In this document: in pieces, positions 1 to 6,393 of the stretch
Numbering within the stretch: position 1 is the stretch's first letter
How the letters are laid out: every line of letters begins with the position of its first letter
Virus record (IMG/VR): IMGVR_UViG_2778261313_000001
Coordinates: 1-6,465 of that record
DNA length: 6,465 bases
Origin: a virus
Taxonomy: Duplodnaviria; Heunggongvirae; Uroviricota; Caudoviricetes
Direction: 5' to 3' (one strand)
The notes under the pieces: generated by a model
Database searches by the model: none
The model's input: the letters and a program-made list of their open reading frames with translations, nothing else
Told to the model about the DNA's origin: nothing
Position numbers and translations under genes: made by a program

Positions 1-84
1 CGGTTCAAAGCTCTGCTGAACAATTGCGATCTTTTCCTGTGTGGTACGCCGTCTGCGTTTCTCCGGCCCTAAGACATCAATCAT
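1..84 (-). CDS. insC: IS2 transposase OrfA (InsC), N-terminal 28 codons only (partial, continues beyond window start)
   Basis: ATG on - strand at 84..82; translation [28 protein letters not shown]; the basic RRRR stretch followed by QEKIAIV is the start of the IS3-family OrfA helix-turn-helix region. Confidence 0.85.
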
Positions 85-175
85 CTGTTCTCCAATGACT
101 AGTCTAAAAACTAGTATTAAGACTATCACTTATTTAAGTGATACTGGTTGTCTGGAGATTCAGGGGGCCAGTCTA
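1..175 (-). mobile_element. IS2 (IS3 family) insertion sequence, terminal ~175 bp including the inverted repeat; the rest of the element lies left of the window
   Basis: Reverse complement of 1-84 encodes [28 protein letters not shown], which I recognise as the N-terminus of IS2 OrfA/InsC, with GGAG Shine-Dalgarno upstream of its ATG. Positions 86-175 match the IS2 terminal region as I recall it, ending ...GATTCAGGGGGCCAGTCTA at 175. Identification is from memory, not a search. Confidence 0.88.
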
Positions 176-179
176 ATTC

Positions 180-782
180 TTGGTTAACATGGATAGTATT
201 AAGGGGTCTGGTGCATATTTCCCTATTATCGCTGGCTATAGTAACTTAGGTGATGTTGGTTATCGTCAGTCCTTCGAGTTTGGTTGGACGGGTAGCGGTT
301 CGACTCACGGTTGGCGTACTGGTATTATCCGTATGCGTGGCGATAACGCCAACGGGCAGCAAGCACGCTGGGAATTTACTATGGATGGTGACTTTACCGC
401 AGGTCGTAACGGTAGCTTTAACGATGTTTACATTCGCTCTGACTCCCGTTTGAAGATTAACAAGGAAGAATTACAGGACGGCGCATTAGAGAAAGTAAAC
501 TCCCTGAAAGTCTACACCTACGATAAAGTTAAATCTCTTTCAGATGACACAGTGATTAAACGCGAAGTAGGTATTATTGCTCAGGATCTGGAAGAAGTGT
601 TGCCGGAAGCAGTAGGTATTCAATCCACCGAAGATCCAGAACAACCGGAAGCAATTAAGACTATTTCTAACTCTGCTGTTAATGCCTTGATTATTAAAGC
701 TATTCAGGAAATGGACGCCAAATATCAAGCTAAGATTGAAGCATTGACTAAAGAGATTGCCGAACTCAAAGCAACTAAATAA
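180..782 (+). CDS. 3' fragment of a tail fiber/tailspike gene with C-terminal Peptidase S74-like intramolecular chaperone domain; probably truncated at its 5' side by the IS2 insertion
   Basis: Frame is open from 177, immediately at the IS2 junction (the TAA at 174-176 is formed by the IS2 end plus one flanking base). Possible starts are TTG 180 or ATG 189, neither with a convincing Shine-Dalgarno. Motif RSDSRLK (nt 435-455) gives a Ser...Lys spacing like the catalytic dyad of S74 chaperone domains, followed by GIIAQDLEEVLPEAV, typical of that domain. The part before the motif is Gly/Ser/Thr-rich, fiber-like. Ends TAATAA at 779-784. Confidence 0.6.
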   Translation: MVNMDSIKGSGAYFPIIAGYSNLGDVGYRQSFEFGWTGSGSTHGWRTGIIRMRGDNANGQQARWEFTMDGDFTAGRNGSFNDVYIRSDSRLKINKEELQDGALEKVNSLKVYTYDKVKSLSDDTVIKREVGIIAQDLEEVLPEAVGIQSTEDPEQPEAIKTISNSAVNALIIKAIQEMDAKYQAKIEALTKEIAELKATK

Positions 783-790
783 TAAAAGTC

Positions 791-807
791 GGGGGACTAG
801 TTCCCCC
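791..807 (+). terminator. GC-rich hairpin (GGGGGA-CTAGT-TCCCCC) after the fiber gene; weak terminator or RNA stability element
   Basis: 6-bp stem with 5 G:C pairs and a 5-nt loop, 8 nt past the stop; followed by an A/T-rich stretch but no immediate U-run. Confidence 0.3.
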
Positions 808-838
808 ATAATAACAATTTTAATTAAGGGGTAATTCT

Positions 839-1309
839 ATGTCTCAATTTAATGATATTTTTACTGGTGGTCTGGTAAGTCTGTTCTATCACGCTGATAC
901 CACTAACACCGCTCTCGATCACTCCGGTTACGAAGAAATTAAAGAGTGTGCTGGTTTTCCTGAAACTGGTATCGAGCGCGGTACTGTAGAAGTTAAATCC
1001 TTCTCTTCTCAGTATAACCGTAAGCTGGTAGGGAAACTGAACGTTCCTGATCTGACTCTGACCGTTAACTACATCCCAGGCGATGCGGTGCACGAGAAGC
1101 TCATTAAAGCTGCCGAAGACGGTACTCGAATTCAGATTAAGATTGAATACTATGTTGATGCAGCAAAACAGACTGGTATTCGCACCGCTTTCAACGGCTT
1201 TATTTCTAAAGTTGCTATGAACGGTGGCGATGAAGAAGTTGTAACCAAAGAGTTTACCTTCGCGGTGGACGGAAAGCCGATCAAACAGGAAATCTTCACT
1301 GCCGGATGA
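839..1309 (+). CDS. major tail tube protein, lambda gpV-like tube domain (156 aa); in-frame UGA stop followed by 41 sense codons to TAA at 1433-1435
   Basis: Shine-Dalgarno AAGGGG at 826-831, 7 nt before ATG 839. The segment DLTLTVNYIPGDAVHEKLIKAAEDGTRIQIKIEY lines up with the lambda gpV segment [34 protein letters not shown] as I recall it. Position upstream of the chaperone pair and tape measure gene; terminator downstream. Confidence 0.75.
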   Translation: MSQFNDIFTGGLVSLFYHADTTNTALDHSGYEEIKECAGFPETGIERGTVEVKSFSSQYNRKLVGKLNVPDLTLTVNYIPGDAVHEKLIKAAEDGTRIQIKIEYYVDAAKQTGIRTAFNGFISKVAMNGGDEEVVTKEFTFAVDGKPIKQEIFTAG

Positions 1310-1440
1310 ACTAACGAAGAACTTCCTTTAATAGAACCGGAACCACTACCGGAACATGAAGCGGTGGTGATTCCAGAAGTAGAAGAAGTTACGGCGAAAG
1401 CCACAGCAAAACGAGGCCGCAAGGCTAAGAATTAATTTTA

Positions 1441-1468
1441 AGCCCTGCCTTAATGGTGGGGCTTTTTT
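1441..1468 (+). terminator. rho-independent terminator after the major tail protein region
   Basis: Stem AGCCCTGCC (1441-1449) pairs with GGTGGGGCT (1455-1463), 9 bp including 2 G:U pairs, loop TTAAT, followed by TTTTT at 1464-1468. It begins 6 nt after the TAA at 1433-1435. Confidence 0.7.
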
Positions 1469-1483
1469 ATTGGAGTAATCAAA

Positions 1484-1990
1484 ATGGCAAATGTCGTTAA
1501 TAAGCCCGGCTGGGTCGGATCATCTGCTGTATCGGTGACGGGTAAGCGATGGATGAAAGAAGCATTAACAGCTTTAAAAGTTCCGGCTCCGCGTAATATG
1601 TCGGCAATGGCTGGTCGTGGTATGGATACGGTTGTAGCTACTGCATCGTGGTCTACTTCATTGGGTAATAACTGGGGTGTAACTGCTTCAAACTATCCTG
1701 TTTCCGGTATGCAAAGCAAAGGATCTATGGAGAACCCCGAAAACGTGGGCGTAGGCCGTCTAATTGGCGTTATCGTTGGTCAATTCAATGGCGGTACTCC
1801 TACTATGGCTGTATATCTCCAGAACGGTAGAGCGGGGAATATAACCGTTAATTTGGGTGGTGCTGCTGTCACTGTTCCTTATAACAGTATGCAAAGTGGT
1901 TTTCATTACTACTGGTTAAGCAATCCTCCGGCAGCTTTCCTCAATAACATTAAGAAGACTGGCACTAAGCAGACTTTGAAAATCTCTTAA
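1484..1990 (+). CDS. hypothetical protein (168 aa), Gly/Ser/Thr/Asn/Ala-rich and acid-poor, no obvious signal peptide; function unknown
   Basis: Shine-Dalgarno GGAG at 1472-1475, 8 nt before ATG 1484. 507-nt open frame in AT-rich DNA; co-oriented with and sandwiched between the major tail and chaperone genes. Confidence 0.7.
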   Translation: MANVVNKPGWVGSSAVSVTGKRWMKEALTALKVPAPRNMSAMAGRGMDTVVATASWSTSLGNNWGVTASNYPVSGMQSKGSMENPENVGVGRLIGVIVGQFNGGTPTMAVYLQNGRAGNITVNLGGAAVTVPYNSMQSGFHYYWLSNPPAAFLNNIKKTGTKQTLKIS

Positions 1991-2032
1991 ATTCTAAATA
2001 AACATATCGAATTAACTTAAGAGGAAACAAGA

Positions 2033-2341
2033 ATGAATATTAATGAAATGCTGAAAGCTCTTTCTCCGAAACGCGAATCTCTGACCATCGGTGGATTCAC
2101 TTTCTATGCTCGCCCTATGTCAGTAAAAGAATTTAACGAACATGTTTTCAATACCGATAAAGATGACCGTGATGAACGTTCTATTCTTCGTTGTATTGAA
2201 GATGAAGACGGTAAACCAGTATTTGAATCTATGGAACAAGTTAAGGCACTGTATACTAACGTCCGCAGTGAATTAATCGGTTTGGTTGCTCAAGCGTCAT
2301 TGATGCAAGATCCGACAGTAATTGAAAACGAGGTAAAGTAA
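2033..2341 (+). CDS. tail assembly chaperone, gpG-like (102 aa)
   Basis: Shine-Dalgarno AAGAGGA at 2017-2023 before ATG 2033. Small acidic protein directly upstream of the tape measure gene, with an overlapping -1 frame ORF downstream. Confidence 0.75.
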   Translation: MNINEMLKALSPKRESLTIGGFTFYARPMSVKEFNEHVFNTDKDDRDERSILRCIEDEDGKPVFESMEQVKALYTNVRSELIGLVAQASLMQDPTVIENEVK

Positions 2342-2712
2342 ACCCGCTTCTGAATTTCTATTTTCGGCAAATGATGCGATCGGGGCTTAGTAAAGATGAA
2401 ATGGATAATATGCCAATCACTCTGTTTTGGAAATTATACATTTTCGACACCTACTTAGAACCACAAAGCCCCGCGTTTCATGATATGCAGAATGCGATGT
2501 TGCAATATTCCATGTATATGACGTCGCAAGGAATGACACGCGAAACTGCACGCAAACTCAAGCCTAGCCAATTCCAATTAATTAGAGAAGAAAAACTCTT
2601 TAAAACTAAAGAAGAACTGGAAGAAATTGCACGCAAGAAAGAAGAAGAACGTAAAGCGGCAATGCTGAACATGTTTGATCCATCTTTGCTTGAGAAACTC
2701 AGAAGCGGTTAA
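2326..2712 (+). CDS. gpT-like segment of the tail assembly chaperone, probably expressed as a G-T fusion by -1 ribosomal frameshift near 2333-2341 (fusion would span 2033..2712)
   Basis: The -1 frame is open from 2326 (TGA at 2323-2325 closes it upstream), overlapping the last 16 nt of the G ORF, and runs to TAA at 2710-2712. The first in-frame ATG (2371) has no Shine-Dalgarno (preceding sequence TTTTCGGCAA). Confidence 0.6.
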   Translation, partial: KRGKVNPLLNFYFRQMMRSGLSKDEMDNMPITLFWKLYIFDTYLEPQSPAFHDMQNAMLQYSMYMTSQGMTRETARKLKPSQFQLIREEKLFKTKEELEEIARKKEEERKAAMLNMFDPSLLEKLRSG

Positions 2713-2723
2713 AGGGGTAATTT

Positions 2724-5153
2724 ATGACAAAACATATAGTAACAATAGAAGGGGATAATAAAGGTCTAAGGAGAAGTACCAATGAAGCCGCCGACCTTCT
2801 CGATAGTTTGTCTGAAAAGGCAAGTAATATTGATTTTGGTGGTGGCTTATCTGGTCTGACTGGATCTCTTCGTGGGATCGCTGGCTCTGCTGGTTTGGCT
2901 GCTGGTGGTATCGGCTTAGTTGCGACCGCAGTGGTTGCAGCCGCTAAAGCTGGCGCGGAATACGTTAAACAATATTCAGAAGTATCTAAGGCGACCGGAC
3001 TCTCGATTGAATCCCTTCAAAGACTGGAAAAGGAATTTTCTGGTACTGGCCTAACAGTTGAAAAATTCGGTGATATCAACAAAGACACCTTAGATAAGAT
3101 GGGTGATGCATGGGCTAACGGTGGTGGTATTGCTGATGACTTAGAATCGGTTGGTCTTAAGTTAGAAAACTATGCTCACTTCATGACAGATCCGCAAGGT
3201 GGTATGAAAGCGGCGATCCAAGTGTTCTATGACATGAAGAAAGCCGGAAAATCAATGGCTGAAATCAAGTTCATGATGGAATCTTTAGCCAGTGATTCAA
3301 GCCATATGACCAGCCAGCTTGAGAAATATAATAGTGCTCAAGAGGCGATGATCGCTATTCAGAATCAATCTGTTAACGTCACCGAAGAAAACGCTAAAAA
3401 ATATGATAAATTTTCTCAGAATATTAATAAGCTGGAAAATAACCTGAAAGGCGCAGCCATGACCATTACTGGTCCTTTGGTTGATAGCTTAAACTGGTTA
3501 TTTGAATGGTTTAATATTGATTGGGAAAAGAGTTCTCTATTCAGGGCATTAGACCGTCTGAATAAAGAAGGTAAGACCGCAACTGGTGGTATTCTTAACA
3601 CCAACCATAAAGACGCTCAAAAGATTATTGACAAGTACAATAAAGAAAAGCGTTGGAATAATCTAGCAGATTGGGAAAAGGCCGCGATCCGTGGTGCTGG
3701 TGTCGATCCTCGTACTGCTGGCTTTGATGTAGAAGGATTTAAGAAACGTTTTGGTGGGTCTTATAAGAAAAATGGTGCTCTGATTGTCGTAGATGCTGGT
3801 GAACATCTGACACGCAAGGCAGATCCTAACACTGATTTAACTCTACCAAATAAACCAGTAAGACCAGAATCATTGGGTAAATCTGGCAACGAGAAGAAAG
3901 CCGAGGAAGAAGCACGCAAGAAAGCGGAAGAGGCAGCTAAAAAGGCTAAGGAAGCCGCAGAAAAAGCACAGAAAGAACGTGAGGATGCAATCAAGCGTCT
4001 GAATGCACTTGATGTTAAATTGCAAGGGCAAGTTGCAGCGTCTATTGCTTCTCAAAACAAGCAGTTAGAAGCCAGCTTGAAAGATTTGGATACTGCTTTA
4101 GATCTGGGCTTAATCTCTCAGCAAGACGCAGCCGCGAAACGCCAATCCTTAATCGATCAGAATACTGAAAACGTATACAAGATGATTTTAGGTGCTGATC
4201 CGGTTGATGCTCTGAATGCTTTAACACAATTGCAACAAATCAGGGATAATGAGTTAGAAAGCCATAAACGGTTACTTGATGGTAAGGCTATCTCCTACGA
4301 AGAATATATGCGTCGTGTGAATGATACCGAACAAAGTTATTCGCAGATTGAAGATTCTTTGCATGGAATGGATGGTTTTAAAACCAATCAGTTGACCAAT
4401 AGCTTAGACTATCAGGACTCAAATAATCCGTTTGCTAAATTTAATGCAATCGATAAAGAGAAATCGGAAGCCGAACAAGATTATAAAACCGATAAACTCA
4501 AGATTGATGGGATCACCGATCCGGCTAAACGGATGGAAGAATTAGAAAAACTCAATGAAAACCATCAAAAACGAATGGCTGCAATTGAGAAGAAATATGC
4601 TGATGCTCGCCAGTCAATAGCCGATGATATGTACGGCGGTTTTGCTGCTGCAATGACTCTCTTCGGGCAGGAAAACACTAAAGCTATGCAGATGGCTTTC
4701 AATGCTCATAAAGCATTCTCTATCGGACAAGCGACGGTGAACATGTGGACGGCTGCTACCGATGCATGGAACGATCCGACCAACGTAACCACAGGTCAAA
4801 AAATCGCTGCTGCTGCATTGGCTGTTTCTCAGAACATGGGGAACATCGCAAACATCAAGTCTACTAACGTTAGCGGTATGGCTCATGATGGTATCGATAA
4901 TATCCCTCGTGAGGGTACATGGTTGCTTGATAAGGGTGAACGAGTAGTTGATCAGCGTACTAACGGTGATTTGAAAGACTTCCTTGCTGCTCAAAAATCA
5001 GGCGGTGGCAACTCTCAGCCGATTGAAGTTAACGCACCTTTGAACATTAACGGCAACGTTAATAGCTCAGACAAGATGGTCATGGATGCTATCAAACGTC
5101 ACGCTAAGTTAGTTGCTCAGGCGGTAGAAGACGCACAACGCCGTAAGATGTAA
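2724..5153 (+). CDS. tail length tape measure protein (809 aa)
   Basis: Shine-Dalgarno AAGGGG at 2712-2717 before ATG 2724. Largest gene, directly after the chaperone pair. Gly-rich hydrophobic segment near the N-terminus (GGGLSGLTGSLRGIAGSAGLAAGGIGLVATAVVAAAKAG), a K/A/E-rich coiled-coil block (KKAEEEARKKAEEAAKKAKEAAEKAQKERE), and a second hydrophobic segment toward the C-terminus. Confidence 0.9.
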   Translation: MTKHIVTIEGDNKGLRRSTNEAADLLDSLSEKASNIDFGGGLSGLTGSLRGIAGSAGLAAGGIGLVATAVVAAAKAGAEYVKQYSEVSKATGLSIESLQRLEKEFSGTGLTVEKFGDINKDTLDKMGDAWANGGGIADDLESVGLKLENYAHFMTDPQGGMKAAIQVFYDMKKAGKSMAEIKFMMESLASDSSHMTSQLEKYNSAQEAMIAIQNQSVNVTEENAKKYDKFSQNINKLENNLKGAAMTITGPLVDSLNWLFEWFNIDWEKSSLFRALDRLNKEGKTATGGILNTNHKDAQKIIDKYNKEKRWNNLADWEKAAIRGAGVDPRTAGFDVEGFKKRFGGSYKKNGALIVVDAGEHLTRKADPNTDLTLPNKPVRPESLGKSGNEKKAEEEARKKAEEAAKKAKEAAEKAQKEREDAIKRLNALDVKLQGQVAASIASQNKQLEASLKDLDTALDLGLISQQDAAAKRQSLIDQNTENVYKMILGADPVDALNALTQLQQIRDNELESHKRLLDGKAISYEEYMRRVNDTEQSYSQIEDSLHGMDGFKTNQLTNSLDYQDSNNPFAKFNAIDKEKSEAEQDYKTDKLKIDGITDPAKRMEELEKLNENHQKRMAAIEKKYADARQSIADDMYGGFAAAMTLFGQENTKAMQMAFNAHKAFSIGQATVNMWTAATDAWNDPTNVTTGQKIAAAALAVSQNMGNIANIKSTNVSGMAHDGIDNIPREGTWLLDKGERVVDQRTNGDLKDFLAAQKSGGGNSQPIEVNAPLNINGNVNSSDKMVMDAIKRHAKLVAQAVEDAQRRKM

Positions 5154-5158
5154 TTAAA

Positions 5159-5203
5159 AGCCCCCATAGTCATAAATAATCATAAAACTATGGGGGCTTT
5201 TCT
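5159..5203 (+). terminator. strong hairpin terminator after the tape measure gene; its 3' arm contains the Shine-Dalgarno of the next gene
   Basis: Perfect 12-bp inverted repeat AGCCCCCATAGT (5159-5170) / ACTATGGGGGCT (5187-5198), 16-nt loop, followed by TTTTCT and then ATG at 5204. Confidence 0.7.
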
Positions 5204-5764
5204 ATGTTCAAATCCAAGAATATTAAAATCACAGATTTTACTCTTAAATCAAAACAGCCTTTCTTCAAGGCGCAATCTATCTCCGGTAAATTTCAACGTC
5301 GCTTTACTGGCATTCATTTTTACGAAGCAGAATTTACCGCGAATTACATGGCTCAGGATATTAACGAAGTAAAAGAATTTGTAGCACGTCACCTTTTTGG
5401 TCGTCCTTTTAGTGTGCCACTGTCTTACTTTTCAAAATATACAGGTGATGTACGCCAGATGGTTACGGCTGCTGCTGGTACTGCTCGCGGTGGGCGTAAG
5501 GTGAGAATCTCCAACTTCACCGGAACACTGAAAGCGGGAACTATCATCCAGTTTGAGAACCACAAGAAAATCTACACGATCACCGAAGATGTGAAATCAG
5601 GTGGCGAAATGAAACTCTTCCCTAATTTGCGTCAGAACGTCCTGGCTGGTGAGGTGATCAAGTATCAGAACGTAGAAGGTGAATTTGTTCTCAAAACGGA
5701 AAATATCGATTGGAAGATCGCCCAGATTGGCAAGATGAAATTCGAATTAGTGGAGAATGTATAA
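5204..5764 (+). CDS. minor tail protein immediately after the tape measure gene (186 aa); candidate distal tail or tail tip assembly protein
   Basis: ATG 5204 with GGGGG (5192-5196) 7 nt upstream; stop TAA 5762-5764. Assignment rests on synteny only. Confidence 0.75.
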   Translation: MFKSKNIKITDFTLKSKQPFFKAQSISGKFQRRFTGIHFYEAEFTANYMAQDINEVKEFVARHLFGRPFSVPLSYFSKYTGDVRQMVTAAAGTARGGRKVRISNFTGTLKAGTIIQFENHKKIYTITEDVKSGGEMKLFPNLRQNVLAGEVIKYQNVEGEFVLKTENIDWKIAQIGKMKFELVENV

Positions 5765-6393
5765 TGGCAACTATTCAGGAATCATTCAGCAAACTATGCA
5801 CTAATCTGGACTTCATCGAGGTATACAACGACCAGACAGGTCAGAATGTGTCTAGATTGACTCTACCGCAGCTTTTCTCTACTGGCTCGATGTTTCACAT
5901 TATCGAAGTGATAACAGCGTCAGGGGACGTTCTACGGCTTACAGATGGGTATTTCGATTTGGACTATAACGGTTTTACATATCTCGCAACGGGTGATTTT
6001 CTTCAAATCTCATCGAATACCGAAGAGAAGGAGATCAACAACAACGGGATCAACGTAACTGTTTCTAACGTTCGCGAAGAATACATTAGCCTGATTCGAA
6101 ACAAGCAATTCGATAAATCTGATGTGAAAATCGAGATGGTTTTCCTTAACCCCAACACGGGCAAGGTTGAAACTACTTACCCTGTTTTCCGTGGGGTAGT
6201 CGATTCCATCGGTATTAACATCGAACATGAAGATGATGAGTGTAAAAACGAATCAGAATTTCAGCTTAATAGTATCTGGGAAGTTCTAGATAAAAACGCT
6301 CGTAGTCATGCCTCCGATGGTATCCACCGATCCTATGTTGGAAACGAGAACGATCTATTCTTCTCTCGTGCCGGGAAGTGGCAAAGCGGGTAA
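5764..6393 (+). CDS. minor tail / tail tip protein, 3'-truncated by IS1; phage-derived part is 5764..6388 and the stop codon comes from the IS1 terminus
   Basis: ATG at 5764-5766 overlaps the upstream stop (TAATG) with GGAG at 5752-5755; the track's 5710 start would overlap the upstream gene by 55 nt and is less likely. The frame runs into the IS1 terminal repeat that begins at 6389; the last codon GGG spans the junction and TAA 6391-6393 is IS1 sequence. Confidence 0.7.
   Translation: MATIQESFSKLCTNLDFIEVYNDQTGQNVSRLTLPQLFSTGSMFHIIEVITASGDVLRLTDGYFDLDYNGFTYLATGDFLQISSNTEEKEINNNGINVTVSNVREEYISLIRNKQFDKSDVKIEMVFLNPNTGKVETTYPVFRGVVDSIGINIEHEDDECKNESEFQLNSIWEVLDKNARSHASDGIHRSYVGNENDLFFSRAGKWQSG

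Noticed and set aside
176-180. ATTCT flanking the IS2 end as a target-site duplication
   Set aside because: It cannot be confirmed without the sequence at the other IS2 end, which is outside the window; noted only as where to look.
250-453. 67-aa + strand ORF in an alternative frame inside the fiber gene
   Set aside because: Fully nested in the fiber ORF in another frame, no ribosome binding site, hydrophobic Val/Leu-rich translation typical of an off-frame artefact.
1307-1309. Selenocysteine decoding of the in-frame UGA after the major tail protein
   Set aside because: No SECIS-like hairpin is evident immediately downstream and selenoproteins are not expected among phage structural proteins; readthrough or nonsense mutation are the realistic alternatives.
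540-1422. Three antisense ORFs (540-809, 824-1093, 1150-1422, each ~89-90 aa)
   Set aside because: They lie entirely within or across well-supported + strand genes and the intergenic hairpin, have no Shine-Dalgarno, and have Cys/Phe/Ser-rich compositions typical of antisense readings of coding DNA.
3880-3990. Apparent DNA repeat (reiterated GAAGAAGC / AAAGC units) in the middle of the tape measure gene
   Set aside because: It is the coding sequence of a K/A/E-rich coiled coil (low-complexity protein sequence), not an array with spacers; no CRISPR-like regular repeat-spacer periodicity.
2478-4994. Antisense ORFs inside the chaperone and tape measure genes (2478-2672, 3416-3604, 3761-3994, 3870-4055, 4042-4227, 4614-4994)
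   Set aside because: Shadow ORFs on the strand opposite a long, clearly coding tape measure gene; low-complexity Ser/Ala/Leu/Phe-rich translations mirror the K/A/E-rich sense strand.
5190-5372. 60-aa + strand ORF starting inside the terminator hairpin
   Set aside because: Out of frame with and nested in the 5204-5764 gene; its start lies within the hairpin stem; no independent support.
5710-5763. Upstream ATG (5710) as start of the last tail gene, giving a 227-aa product
   Set aside because: It would overlap the preceding gene by 55 nt. ATG 5764 has a properly spaced GGAG and the classic TAATG stop-start overlap, so 5764 is the more plausible start.
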